A DNA stretch of 64,000 nt from the human T2T-CHM13v2.0 reference genome, Homo sapiens. The notes below the pieces were generated by a model. The model was not told the origin of the DNA, ran no database searches, and worked only from the letters and a program-made list of their open reading frames with translations. The stretch lies in NCBI RefSeq assembly GCF_009914755.1, contig NC_060947.1, one strand, 5' to 3'. Positions 1 through 13,331 of the stretch are shown one piece after another (the stretch's first letter is position 1; each line of letters begins with the position of its first letter). The position numbers and the translations under genes were made by a program.

Positions 1-960
1 ACCATTATGAATAGAACTGCTGTACATAATTACATGCTGGTATATGTTTGAACATAACTTTTCAAAGCAGTTGTCTAAATACAGGCAATTTAGGAGTGCA
101 ATTGTCAGATTATAAGGTGAGAGTTGTTCAGCTTTGGAAAAAAAAAAACTGCGAAAGTGTCTTCTGAAGTGACTGTACCATTATGCGTTCTACCAGCAAT
201 GAATGACAGCTCTATTGTTCTTCAGCCTCCAGCAAGTGGTTTGTCAGGGCTCTTTTAGAGTTCAGCAGTTCTAAAGGGTGTGCAGCTATCTCATTGTTGT
301 TTTAATTTACAATTTCCTAATGATATGTTGAGCACCCTTTTGTATGATTATTTGCTATCTTTATATTTTATTTGGTCAGGTGTCCATTTAGCTATTTACT
401 CATTTTAATTGGGTTTTTAGTTATCTTATTGCTTCTTTTTAAGAGTTCTTTTTGTGTTATCATTATTTTTAGAGACAGTGTCTTGTTATATTGCTCGGAC
501 TGGTCTCAAACTACTAGCTTCAAGCCATCCTCTTGCCTCAGCCTCCCAAGTAACTGGGATTGCAGGCATGAGCCACCCCACCCAACATCTTTTTATATTT
601 TTAATACAATTGTTTTTACCAGATATGTATTTTGTAAATACTTTCTCCCAGTCTGTGTCTTGTCTTTGTTCTCTGAATAGGCTCTTTCTCAGAGTTGAAA
701 ATTTAGTTTTATAAAGTCTGTGTTATCAGTATTTTTTCTTTTGTGATGTGGCTTTTGGTATTATGTGTTAAACCTCAGCACCAAATCCAAGGTTGCACAG
801 GCTTTCTTCTAGAATGTTTATAGTTTTGCATTTCAAATTTCAGCCTATGGATGATTGTGAGTGAATTTTTGCGTAATTTTAGTTTGCATGTACATTATTT
901 TCATTCCATATGGTTTCTAAATAATTGTTCCATCACTATTTTTGAAAAATACACGGGATA
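1..960 (-). mobile_element. Old, degraded L1M-type LINE fragment with a partial Alu (~465-585)
   Basis: AT-rich, with antisense L1 3'-end-like motifs (accagcaatgaatga, tctcattgttgttttaattt). Boundaries approximate. Confidence 0.55.
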
Positions 961-1970
961 GTGAATTTCCAAAATAATCGCACTGAGTAAATGAATGCTG
1001 AATTGTATTGATTTTTCAAGAGAGCCAAGAGGGGGCACACGTCCACCGATAAACTGTGAGCAAGAGCGTCCTGTGCTGAGTCCTGACAGCCACCAGATGG
1101 CATGTGAACCCGCCTCTTCTGACCATCTCCCCTCAGATGGTGGGAGCAGGGAGACAAGAACTTCATTTTCCTCAAGGCTCCAGGATGGAGATCTAAACTT
1201 GATACTGTTCAGTGGTGAATTAAAAGCTTCTGTCCACAACTCGGAGTGTAGCGGAGATTCTGATTCAGAGGATTCTGCACAGGAAGGGTTCATGTAGAAA
1301 AATATAACCCCAAAATCCCACTGTTGCCATTGCACCCTGAGATCATTCTCAACATCCAAGACATAGTGGCTACAATATATATTCACACAATGGCCTCTAG
1401 TAGTTAGTATCCACTCAGTGGCCCCTACTACTGATGGAATCATGTCCACACAGTGGCCACTAATGAAATTCACACTCTTTTGAGAATTATTGGTTTCACA
1501 GCTTTGGCTGAAATGGAGCCTCTATAATGAAGTTTGATGTCATCTCTACTTTCCTGGTATGGTATTGATATGGTTGTTTTATAAAGTAATTTACTTTCCA
1601 GTAAATTCATACTTATAGGAAACATGCAATGGCAGTACAAAATACCTTTTATCCTTTCTCTCAGATTCCCCAGTGGTCACTCCAGTACCAGATTTGCAAC
1701 TTCACACAAAATACTCTACTGTATTTTACTCAAAGCAGGGACACTCTCCCAGGTAACCACCACATAACCTCCAAATCAGGAAATCAATATGGTTTCTACC
1801 TGACAATCCAATCAGCTGACCCAGTTCACTTTACTGCCTGTGCTGACTGTGAGAAAAATGTCTCTTTCCCTTTGGATCCAGTTTTCTTTTCCTGGAACTG
1901 TTCCTGTGACTATCTCTCAGTTTCACAACCTTGGCAGATTTAAATAATAGAGATGAATCCAAGCTGCCTC

Positions 1971-2536
1971 TGTCATAGTTTTGCCAATGCACCACAACAT
2001 AGAAGTTTCTCTTTGCCTGAGGTAGTACCTGGAGTTCTTTGTCTCATGACCAAGAAAGTTAAGGAGTGCAGACACAAAGGGTGAGGTTGGAGTGAAAGTT
2101 TAATAAGCCAAAGATGAAAGCTCTCCACTACGGAGAGGGGACCCAGAAGAGGGTTGCTGTTTTTACAGTTGAATGCAAAGGCTTTTATAAGAAACAGATG
2201 AGGTCTTGGTATCTCATTTGCATAAGGCATGAATTTCTGGTGGCGCCACCCCATCTTTCTAGTGCACATGCGGGCTCTTATCTTGAGTTACTACCTATTG
2301 CTTTGTTCCCCTTACTGTGCATGTGTCAGGGGACAGAATTTTCCATTGTGGGCATGTCTGGGCAAGTCACCTGTGTAGCTTTTCTTATCTGTGTGGCTGT
2401 AGCCATGTCTTAGGCAAGTCCCCTTGTGCATGTTCCCTTATCTGTGCCTGCAGGCTGTTCTTTTGTTTGAAAGGATTCATCTGAGCACCCACCCTAACTG
2501 CCTGCCTGACCGGGTTTTTTCCTTTCTCCTCTCTCA
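1971..2536 (-). mobile_element. Solo ERV1-class LTR (MER4-group, MER83-like; subfamily uncertain)
   Basis: TG...CA ends. The minus strand begins TGAGAGAGGAGAAAGG and has an ATTAAA signal. Near-match 4-bp TSD cctc/cttc. Confidence 0.6.
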
Positions 2537-2950
2537 CTTCTGCCCCCTGTTTCCTCCTGAGCAGTTGCAAACACTGCACTCCTCAGTACAGCCCACCAGG
2601 AGGAACACAGAGCCACCCACCCACCACAGGTGATCTCAACTTGATAATGGCAAAATACACACATAAATCTCATCCTGTCACTCTCCTGATTTAATGTTCC
2701 TAATGGGTTTCCACTGGCCTTAGAACAAGGTCCATATGGCTTTTCATGGTCTACTGGCCCATGAGTGCTCCTGCCTGCTCCCCTCTCCCATTCAGTCAGC
2801 CCCAATTACCTGCAGTCCAATTTGCTTTCAATTACAGGGACATAGCAGGCTTGTGGGTGTCTCAGGAATTTTATGCATGTTCTCTTAACCCATGCACCCA
2901 GCGCCCCCAACCTTATCAAATTTTCTAAGACTTTGTCCAGCTAATTCTGT

Positions 2951-3411
2951 TGTAGTATGACAAGCCACAGACAAAACCCCTCAGACACCGACTTAAAGAA
3001 GGAAGTGGTTTATTTGGTCGGGAGCATTGGCAAGACTCTTGCCTCAAGAGCTGAGCTCCCCAAGTGAGCAATTCCTGTCCCTTTTAAGGGCTCACAACTC
3101 TAAGGGGGTGCACATGAGAGGGTCGTGATCAATTGAGCAAGCAGGGATAGGTGACTGGGGGCTGCATGCACTGGTAATTAGATCAGAACAAAACAGGACA
3201 GGGATTTTCACAATGCTTTTCTATACAATGTCTGTAATCTATAGATAACATAACCAATTAGGTTAGGGGTCGATCTTTAACTACCAGGTCCAGGGTGTGG
3301 TGCCGGGCTGTCTGCTTGTGGATTTTATTTCTGCCTTTTAGTTTTTACTTCTTCTTTCTTTTGATACAGAAATTGGGCATAAGACAATATGAGGGGTGGT
3401 CTCCTCCCTTA
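2951..3411 (-). mobile_element. HERV-E 3' LTR (LTR2 family)
   Basis: Minus strand runs TAAGGGAGGAGACCACCCCTCATATTGTC...AATAAA...CTACA and is preceded by a polypurine tract. Confidence 0.88.
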
Positions 3412-3494
3412 TTCCCCCCCCACTTTGAGAATCTCACTCAACAGTGGGAGTTCTCACTTTTATTCTCCTTACCCATGTCTTCTTGCAAGACAGA

Positions 3495-5499
3495 TCAATA
3501 GTGATTCATATAGTACACTTGTGCTGAAGCATTTTGGTGAACTAAGGTAGCAATGAAGCTTTGTATCATTTGAAGAAGTACAGGTAGCAAACAAGGGAGC
3601 AGTAAGCAGGTTCCTATTACTATTATAACTCTTATTATAAGAGGTTTAAATCCTTCTAGCGCTGGGAACCATTTTCCAAACATGGCTGCAGGATCAAATC
3701 CATGCCACACTTGCACGGGCACATGTGCCAGTTTTGTCATATCTCTAACTATGTCTTCCACTACTTGCCCTTGATCATCTATGTGTAGACAGCAATTAGT
3801 AAGGTTAAATTTCCCACACACCCCTCCTTCAGCTGCTAGCAAGTAGTCGAGAGCCAATCTATTTTGATAGATAGCATTTCTCATCTGAGTTTCTTGCTGG
3901 GCCAGTATAGTCAAGGCTCTGCCTGTTTTATTAGTGATTATTTCTAAGACAGCTTGTAACCGTGTGATTCAGTTGATCATGTAAATGGGGGTCCAGTATC
4001 CCCATGAGCTGTCTTGTGCCTAAGTAGCAGGCCCATAATATTGTATGATTCTCTCAGGGGGCCATTCATCATCTTTCCAATTTCTTATAGCTATGCTTCT
4101 CTTTTTGCAGGAAGCATACACAGGGAAGCCCAGGAGTTCACCTGTTTTTGTGGGCAGTGGGAAGAAAGATGGTCTAATAGTGCCAATAACACAACTACCT
4201 GCCCACTGGTCGGGTAATTTGGCGTAAGCTCTATGCTCCCATATCCAGTATAATCCAGTGGGGGCTGTCCACTCCCGGTGGGACTCCAGGTGAGTCCACC
4301 CATTTTGCAACTTTGGGAATTTACTAAATGGATTCCTTTCTGTGTGATTTGAACTGCACCAAGTGACTGTTTTTGTGGTACCATTATACAGTTTCTGTCC
4401 TAGACAACTAAGTAGCCCTACGGGGTGAGTGAATTCTTTTCTTTCTCTAGCTATGCAATATTGTCCAATAATTGAGGCTTTTAGGACGCAGAAATTATCA
4501 GGGTGATTCTTTTCAGCCAGGAATTCATCAGGAACTCGTCTGTAGCTACTAATTCTCGGGCTTCTCATGGCCATTGATCTCCCATTACAGTTCCTCCACA
4601 TACATAACATGAAGTGACATTGAGAGACTGGGCTACATGCTCGGCTAATTGCAAAAACAAATTTCTTGTTTTTCCTGGAATTTCTGGTACTGGCACATTT
4701 AATTCATCATAGAAAGTTGGAAACACTGGCTCAGGAGAGCGTCTGTAAACTTCTCCTCGAACTAAGATATTTACTCAAGGATCCAGTCTGGCCCCATCGA
4801 TTTCTAAGGTCACACGCTCCCCTTTTTTCCAGTGAGGATCAAGGGGGTTGGTTATTACTAGCTCTAAGGGGTTACAATGTCCCTTAGTACAGGAAGGGCC
4901 ATTTTTTCCTTTCTGAAGGTGGACTGGATCCTTTTCATTTTTTATCTAAGTGGCCCAAATGACACAAGACGAGCATCCACATTCATTTCTACACAGTCTT
5001 AATTCATGACAAATGTACTTATTTTCAGTAATATCACCTTTTTCCTAACTAAAAAAGCCGCATCCCCTTCCTAACTTATTGCTATTAATGACAGCACAGG
5101 CATCAAATTTCAAGATTATGTGTTTGGGCACCCCTTTTTCTTCTGTTCTGGCTAATACTTTACTAGTATCATTTATGAGTCCCCACCAGTCTTCAGTCCT
5201 TAATCTTATTTCAAAAACTGTCCACATGGGAAGCTCAGAGGGGTCATAACACACATCTGGTCAGTCGTTTTCTGGGCTACATACCTTGTACTGAGTGTCA
5301 TTATATAAACATGTTCCTTTTAAAGTTCCTAGGCATTCATAGTAACTATAGAACAGAAAGATTGTTTTAACTTGCTGCCCTACCTCGGTAACCTCATGTA
5401 TACACTGAGAGCAGTCTCCATGTGGAGAAAATCAGTGGAAATTTTTACTATACAAGTCCAAATTATAAGGAAAATGAGTCCCATGATGATCTTCCTCAT
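3495..5499 (-). pseudogene. HERV-E env, fragmented
   Basis: Signal-like start MRKIIMGLIFLIIW at 5499. SU fragments in ORFs 5045-5254 and 4020-4610. TM ORF 3495-3914 has the immunosuppressive motif [20 protein letters not shown]6CC and a transmembrane segment. Several stops and frameshifts. Confidence 0.88.
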
Positions 5500-5519
5500 G
5501 CTTCAGCCACGTAGACCAG

Positions 5520-8500
5520 TCAGCTTCCGGGTGTGACTGGAACAGGGCTTGTTGTCCTCCTCAGAGTCACTTTGCAGGGTTTGTCTGGGCTCGGTTTTGC
5601 CTCCCAGGTTTCAGTGGCTGCAGGTTTCACACGGCTGTGGTGGATCCAGGCTGGGATTCCTTCTACCTTTACAGCCATGGAGGTGGTCAGGAAGATGGTC
5701 TGAGGTCCTTTCCACCGTGGCCGCAAAGGGGCTACGTTCCAGTCCTTTATCCACACAAGACCACCTGGGGAGAAAGTATGAATTGGGGCGAATAAGCTGA
5801 TGGGACACCTCTCATTTACCCAAGTTGAGATTGTTTGTGTAATTTTTCCTAAAGCCTGTAGCTGTCGCTGTAATTCAATTCCACCTAACTCTCAGGGAGT
5901 GCCTGGAAGCTCCCATAATATAGGAGGAGGCCTATGATACAGTATATCATAAGGGGAGTATCCTGTTTTCTTAGAAGGAGTGCATCTAATTTTAAACAAT
6001 ACCATAGGAAGGGCCTGTATGCACTTTAATCCTGTTTCCTGACATACTTTCCCTATTTTTGATAGTATAATTCATTCGCTCCACCTTTCCGGAACTTTGA
6101 GGTCAGTAGGCGGCATGTAGCTTCCAAGTGATTCCTAATGCCTTTGCTGTCTTCTGTACCAAGTCAGCCACAAATGCTGGCCCATTATCTGAGCCGATTC
6201 ATAAGGGCAGTCCAAACCTAGGAATAAGATCTCAGAGAAGCACACGGGTTACCTCGTAGGCCTTTTCAGTTCGTGTTGGATAAGCCTCCACCCACCCAGA
6301 GTAAGTACACACAAGAACCAGCAAATACTTGTTACCTCCACATTTTGGCATTTCTGTGAACTCCACCTGAAGATCCTCAAAAGGAGCCACTCCATAAGCT
6401 TGTATGCCGGGCGGAACAGTGGGGCCTTGCCTATCAATGTGCTGTGGGCAAGTAACGCACCATTGTGCTACTGCTTTGGCAAGGGCTGGCAAGTGTGAGA
6501 CGTAGAAGTACTGCCCTAACAATTTTTCAAGTGACTCTTGTGCTAGATGAGTGGTTTCATGCATGGCCAATACGATTGTGGCTCCCAGCAACTGAGGCAC
6601 AGCTACCCTCCCATCTGGCAGTCTGATCCATCCTCCTTTTTTTTACTTGCCCCCTTTCTGAGTGGAAGAAGTCTTTCTTCCTTAGAATAGGTAGGTACCA
6701 GGTCAGGTGTTTGAGGGAGTAAGGGGGTTGCTACCGATGCCCAGTAAGGGGTAGATGCTGCTTTTCAAGCTTCTGAGTCAGCTCGAGAGTTTCCTAAGGC
6801 CACTGAGGTGGAAGCTCGCTGGTGTCCCCTGCAGTGCATGACTGCCACCTTCTGAGGTTTCCACACTGCCTCTAATAATTGTAGAACTTCTTGTTGATAT
6901 TTTATGTCCTTTCCCCTAGAGTTTAACAGGCCCTTTTACTTATATAATGCTCCATGCACTTGAAGGATTAGAAAGGCATATCAAGAGTCAGTGTAGATGT
7001 TTACAGTCTTACCTTCACTGAGTTCTAGAGCCCGAGTTAAAGCAATGAGCTCAGCCTTCTGGGCTGAAGTGCCCTGTGGCAATGGTTTGGCTTCAATGAC
7101 AGCATCCAAAGTTACCACCGCATATCCTGCACATCTTTCTCCATGTGGATTGATGAAGTTGCTCCCGTCCATGTATAACTCCCAGTCTGCTGATGCCCAT
7201 GGCTGGTCCCGAAGGTCAGGTCTGCTAGGATAAACTGAGTCCAACACTTCTACACAGTTATGCTTGACCGGGCTCTCTGATACTGGGAGCAGGGTGGCGG
7301 GATTTAGGGTGTTACGGACTTCAATGGTTATGCGGGGATTTTCACATAGCAAGCTTTGGTACTTGGTTAATCTAGCATTTGTTAGCCAATGATGTCCTTT
7401 GCTATTCATCAAAGTTACCACAGCATGGAGGGCCTTTATATTCAGGTTTTGCCCAAGGGTTAGTTTATCTGCTTCTTGTGCTCACAGGGCTGTTGCTGCC
7501 AGGGCCCTTAGACATGGTGGCCAGACTTTGGAAACCTCATCTAGTTGTTTTGAGAGATAGGCCACTGGCCTTGGCTGGGGCCCCACAGTCTGGGTTAAAA
7601 CTCCAACTGCCATTTTTTCTCTTTCTGACACATAGAGTGTAAAGGGCTTTGTCAAATCTGGTAGTCCTAGGACTGGGGCCGACATAAGTTTTTCCTTTAA
7701 CTTACAAAAGGCTTGCTGTTGTAGAGGCCCCCATTCAAAAGGCTCCCGGTCGCCCCCATTTGTAACCCTGTAGAAAGGTTTGGCTAGTACTGCAAAGTTT
7801 GGAATCCATAATCTGCAAAACCCCACAGCTCCTAGGAATTCCCTTACTTGCCTTCTGGTTTTAGGTTCCAGTAGGCTGCAGATGACCTGCTTTCTTTCTG
7901 ACCCCAGGCTGCACTCCCCTTTCTGAACAGTAAATCCCAGGTAGCTTACCTGCTGTCTGCAGATCTGAGCTTTCTTCTTGGACACCTTATACCCACAGTC
8001 CTCCAGGTGCTGAAGCAGGGCATCCGTCCCTTTTGCACACCCAACTGCCATGGAGTGTCCCAGCAGAAGGTAGTCCACATACAGGAGCAAGACACAGCCT
8101 AGGTCTTTAGCAGGAAACTTTTGCAGGTCTTAAGCCAGGGCCTCCCCAAAGATAGTAGGGGAGATCTTGAACCCTTGGGGAAGCCAGGTCCAAGTGTACT
8201 GAGTAGTGACACCTGACTCCGGATCTTCCCACTGAAAGGCAAACAGCTTCTGGCTCTCAGGAGCTATTTTGATGCTAAAGATGGCATCTTTTAAGTCCAG
8301 ACAGGTAAACCAGCTGTCCTCAGCCGGCAGCAGCCCTAACAATGTGTAAGGGTTAGGAACTGTTGGGTGCAGAGTCACTGTAGCTTGGTTGACCAAGCGC
8401 AAGTCCTGTACGGATCGATAGTCCTTGGTCCCTTGGCTTAGGGACAGGGAGGAGGGGGTGTTCCATGGAGACTGGCAAGGAACTATAATTCCAAACGCTT

Positions 8501-9104
8501 TCAAGCGCCTGAGATGAACCTGGATTCCTTTGAGAGCTTCTCTGGGAACTGGATACTGCTTTTGTCTAATTGGTTGGGCCCCAGGCTTAACTTCTATGTG
8601 TACAGGGGCTTGGTTGACCACCAGTCCCGGAGGATTATCCTCTGCCCATACTTGGGGCCATCGCTTAGCTAGAGCTGGTTTTATCTCTTGGCCTGGCTCA
8701 GTTAGAAAAAGTCTCCATTCTTCTTCCTGGGGGACCATAAGGGCCATGATAACTCCTGTTCCTGGTAACTTTAGCTGTAAAGAGCCCTGTTTTGTAAAGG
8801 AGATGTTGGCTGTCAGCTTGCTAAGCAAGCCTTTTCCCAGCAAGGGCACGGGACAGTCAGGCATGTAAAAGAACTGGTGAACTATCTCAGGTCCCCGCAC
8901 CGAGCAGGTCTGTGGTAGACAGAAAGTGTGCTTAGTGGAAACTCCTGTTGCTCCGATTATATCAATGATTTTCTTGGATAAGGGGGTGACTGGGGTGGTC
9001 ACTACTGAATGTTCAGCACCAGTATCAACCAAAAATTTAATGTCCTTGCCCCCAGTTGTAATCCTGACCATGGGCTCTTTGGGGGCGCTTGAGCCCGGTC
9101 CCCT
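5520..9104 (-). pseudogene. HERV-E pro-pol (PR, RT, RNase H, IN), fragmented
   Basis: Protease LVDTGAEHS; RT LPQGF with YVDD mutated to YVDY; RNase H YMDGS...AQKAELIA; integrase HHCC region (ORF 6232-6600) and C-terminus (ORF 5520-5756). Split by stops and frameshifts. Confidence 0.9.
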
Positions 9105-10667
9105 TCCATCCAGTAGCCCTTCAGCCAGATTGAACAAAGCTCCCTCATCTTTATCTGAGGTCTTTTGTTGTGAATCACCTTGCTTTTCCTTCAGTTGGGA
9201 ACAATTATCTTTCCAATGTCCTATTTCCTTACAATAGGCGCACTGGTTACGTTGCAAGAGTGTGCCATTAGACTGGGTATTCTTCCTGGAACCCCCCTTT
9301 CCCTCTCCTTTCAGGGGAATTCCCCTAATGGCCGTGGCCAGTAAGTCGGCGTTTTGCCTGGCCTGGCGTTCGCCTTCCTTACAGCTTTCTCTGTGGCTTG
9401 TTGCATCTCTATTCACAAACACTTGATTGGTTATTTCCAGTAACTGTGAGGTATTCATATCCACAAACCCAGCCTGTTTCTGCAATTTTCTCCTGATATC
9501 TTCTGTGCTTTGACTAAGGCCATGTTAATCATGCGCTGATTTTCAGGGTTATCTGGATCAAAACGAATGTACATATGGTAAGCCTCACACAGTCTTTCAT
9601 AGAATTGCACTGCACTTTCCTCTTTTCCTCGGTTGACCTTAGAGACCTTATTTACATTTGTAGCCTTTTGAGCCCCTTTCTTTAGACCTTCTATTAATGC
9701 CTCATGGTACCGTCTTAGCCTCTCCATGTCTGGTCCCTCATTCGGGTCCCATTAGGGGTCTGTTCCTGGCAGCTGAATTCTTATATATTCTTGGGGGTTT
9801 TGGTAATCGGCTGGGATGTGCTCCTCTAGCCACTTAGTTGCCGCCTGGAGTACCCTTCGCCTTTAATCTGTATTAAAGAGGTACATGAGCAGCTGGTGGC
9901 AATCAGCCCAAGTAGGATTATGAGTCTGTATAATAGTTTGGAGCAAGTCAATTAAAGCTTGAGGCTTTTCGGTATAAGATGGAGTATTATTTTTCCAATT
10001 GAGGAGGTCAGCAGGGGTGAAAGGTTGATACACAAAGGCACGCCTTTCCACCATGTGTCCCTCCTCATCTATCCCAGTATATCGCTGCTCTCTCAGGGGC
10101 ATTTGGATTCCAGTCTTGGGCTGTAAGCGAGCTGCCATGGGAGGAGTTTCTCCCGCGGCTTCATTTCCTCTTTTGTCTACTCTGGGTGGTCTAGGGGTGT
10201 GGTTATCTGGTGGAGGTGTAGGTGCTGTGGGCTCAGGGGTGGGGAGCCCTTCCTCTCGATAAGGAGGGGGTACTGCTGGTACCAATTCCTGCCATGATTC
10301 TTCTAGTGTTGGGTCGGACAGGACTTCTGGTGCTGACTTCCCTCAGCAGGTGGAGCGTGAACCTTCCTTAACTAACTGCCCGTTTGCTACTAGTACTGCT
10401 GCTGCCTGTCCTCTTAACCACTGTCGGGGGTCCAAAACTAGCTGTAAGCAAGAATCTATATATGGGAACTTATCTGAGTGCCCTGACTTACAGGTTACCC
10501 TCTGCCATACCTTCAAGACAAGGGACCTGTCCAGGCTTCCTTCTGATGGCCAACCCACCTCTAAATTTTCCTGGTGTCATGTTGACTCCATAGTCTCCTT
10601 TAAATCCCTTTTTGAAATTTTTCAACATAGTTCCTAGTGGGGTGGGCTTACTTTGTGCCTGATCCAT
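9105..10667 (-). pseudogene. HERV-E gag, fragmented
   Basis: Starts ATG GAT CAG GCA CAA AGT AAG (MDQAQSK, no Gly2). PPPY late motif, capsid (YQPFTPADLLNWK, MHR-like GKEESAVQFYERL) and zinc knuckle CAYCKEIGHWKDNC. Confidence 0.88.
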
Positions 10668-11194
10668 GTTTTCTCAAGACAAAACACCACGCTCACACTA
10701 CACGCACACCACAAAACAAAGAACAGGTAAAAAGGGCACACACACACTTTTACAGTTTACACCAAACCAGAATCAAAACCAAAATCAGAGTATCAAGAAA
10801 TCCAAGCCAGGTCAAAACCAAAACCAAAGTATCAAGCAATCCAAGTCAAGTCAAAAACAAAAAAACCAAAGTGCTGGCGGGGGCACGCTGTGGGTGATCA
10901 GGCCACATTTCCACTAAAATGGGGTAGGCAAGTTCCAAAGACTAGTGTTACCAAGTTTCAGATGTCTAGACTCCAAGTGCCAGTTCCTTCCCAGTGTTCA
11001 GCCACTGCATTGATCCTCCATGGGGGCCTGCCACATGCTGCTCTGGCGAGGCATTCCACCAGGGCAATTGCCTACCCGGGAGCGCTCTCAGGATCTGTGT
11101 TGCTCAAGCTGGCTGGAGTCCCCGGCAGGGATGCTCCACAGGGCAGGCCTAAGCCACCTAAGGGGCTGCCTTGACCATCCATTAATCACCTCAC

Positions 11195-11212
11195 TTCCCA
11201 GTCAGGGAACCA
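11195..11212 (-). other. Primer-binding site for tRNA-Glu
   Basis: Minus strand TGGTTCCCTGACTGGGAA, 5 nt after the 5' LTR end. Confidence 0.85.
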
Positions 11213-11217
11213 AGAAA

Positions 11218-11449
11218 TGTAGCAGGACAAGCCGCAGACAAAACCCCTCAGACATCGAGTTAAAGAAGGAAACAGTTTATTCGGCCAGGAGCATCAGCAA
11301 GACTTCTGTCTCAAGAGCCGAGCTCCCCAAGTGAGCAATTCCTGTCCCTTTTAAGGGCTCACAACTCTAACGGGGTACATGTGAGAGGGTCATGATCAAT
11401 TGAGCAAGCAGGGAGTACGTGACTGGGGGCTGCATGCACCAGTAATTAG
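11218..11449 (-). mobile_element. HERV-E 5' LTR, U3-truncated
   Basis: Aligns with 2951-3181; homology stops abruptly after agtaattag. Confidence 0.85.
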
Positions 11450-12229
11450 CAGTTGCAAGGGATTTCAGGCTTAAACACTTATGTTTATGTAATCAAAAGG
11501 TACAGTTAACTGACAAAAGTGCTAGTGTATATCTTGACAACCTACAGAAATATTTGCAAATATATTTCTCTATACAATGGACAATTAGTAAAGTAAGCTT
11601 AGATATTTAAGCAGATGAATTATTAATATTTGTCTTCTAATCCATAAACATGGAGTGTCTTTACATTTACTTAGGGTTTCTTGAATTTATTTCAGCAATA
11701 TTTTGTAATTTTCCATGTCTAAGTCTTGAATATTTGTTAAATTTATTCTTAAAACATTATTACTGTTGATTTTTTTTTGTTTTTTTGAGACAGGGCCTTA
11801 TTCTGTTGCCCAGGTAGGGTGTGGTAGGGTGATCATAGCTCACTGCAGCTTCAAACTCCTTGGCTCCAGTAATCCTCCCACCTTGGCCTCCCAAAGTACT
11901 GGGGTTAAAGATATAAGCCACCACACCCAACCTTTTTTTTTTGCTTTCTGTTTTGAAAATTCCAAAGGATGCTTTATAGTCAATGAAAATATAGTACTTT
12001 GAATTGCCCAAAAGAGGCATAATGCATAAAAACTCTAAGTTGTATAGTTGACTCGCTGACCATCTGGCTACAGTTTAGTTACCTCTTCAAGTTGTACCTA
12101 ATAACCTTCCAGAATTGCTTTTAAATAAACTTCTTAAATTGTAGCAATAAAAATGACAGGACACATTTAAAAAATACTGAAGCTTATCAAAGGACATAAG
12201 AAATTTCAACTCTTCTTTCCCCCCCCTCT

Positions 12230-12542
<313 letters not shown>

Positions 12543-12997
12543 TAAGTTATGAATATGTTTATAATGCAATTATTTGCATAACTCTAGTAATGCTATGGAC
12601 AGCTATAAGATCGAAATAGTTTTCTAAAGAAAATACTAAATACATAAAAACACTTATCCCCATTATTTACTTGTAGAACACGTTCATTTATGACTAATTT
12701 TCAGCATGCATTATGTCATCATTGCTCTGATTTTAAAAGTCATATCCAAAGGATAAGGCAAAACCACCTATGAATTGACATATTTGTTTATCTCTCAGTT
12801 TGTGAAAATGTCCTTAATTTGTTGATGTTGCAAACAGATTTCAACTCTGCCATGCAAAAAACAGAAGACAATCTTCTTTGCAATGAATTTTGTAGCTCCA
12901 TTGCATACAAGGAACATGCTATATATGAAACAAAATAGTAACTCAAGTACAGGTCTTAAACACTGAAAGAACTAACAGTTTATTACAATTTATTTTA

Positions 12998-13331
12998 TTA
13001 ACAATCTAGGAAGTTCACAGCCTCAGCAGTTCTAGTGTCATTTCAGGTGAAATGGGAATTTAAGAATCTCTGTGGAGCTGTAGGTATAGCGAAACTTTTA
13101 GGTAAAATACGTGCCTGCTTTTGGCAGCACTTGTGAAGAGATCTCTCTCAAATTGACCTAATTGGTTTCATTCTCAGCAAAATGACCTGGGCCACTCAAC
13201 ATGGGTTTCCTTCTTCCTGATGTTTGGGCGTGTTCTCTTTTTACAACATATTTATGATTCAGAAGATATTCATTTGACATCTTGGCATCAGGGCTTTCAC
13301 AGCCAATGTACGTTTTCTCCTCTTCATCCAT
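12998..13331 (-). pseudogene. ELOCP24: Elongin C processed pseudogene (probably ELOCP24); UTR-like homology extends to ~12500 and ~13450
   Basis: Manual minus-strand translation gives [16 protein letters not shown]...[11 protein letters not shown]...[25 protein letters not shown]...NSSTEI-like...NFLDC*. This matches ELOC, is intronless, and has stops and frameshifts. The paralogue number is inferred from locus position. Confidence 0.88.

Larger units (their letters stand above)
2951..11449 (-). mobile_element. HERV-E (LTR2-flanked gammaretrovirus-like) provirus, defective
   Basis: Paired LTRs (2951-3411 complete, 11218-11449 truncated), tRNA-Glu PBS, polypurine tract at ~3412-3425, and gag-pro-pol-env remnants in order on the minus strand. 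Confidence 0.9.

Noticed and set aside
901-1473. 190-aa minus-strand ORF (and overlapping 995-1297 ORF)
   Set aside because: No recognisable domain or splice structure, starts at a non-ATG codon, and partly overlaps degraded L1. Likely a chance ORF.
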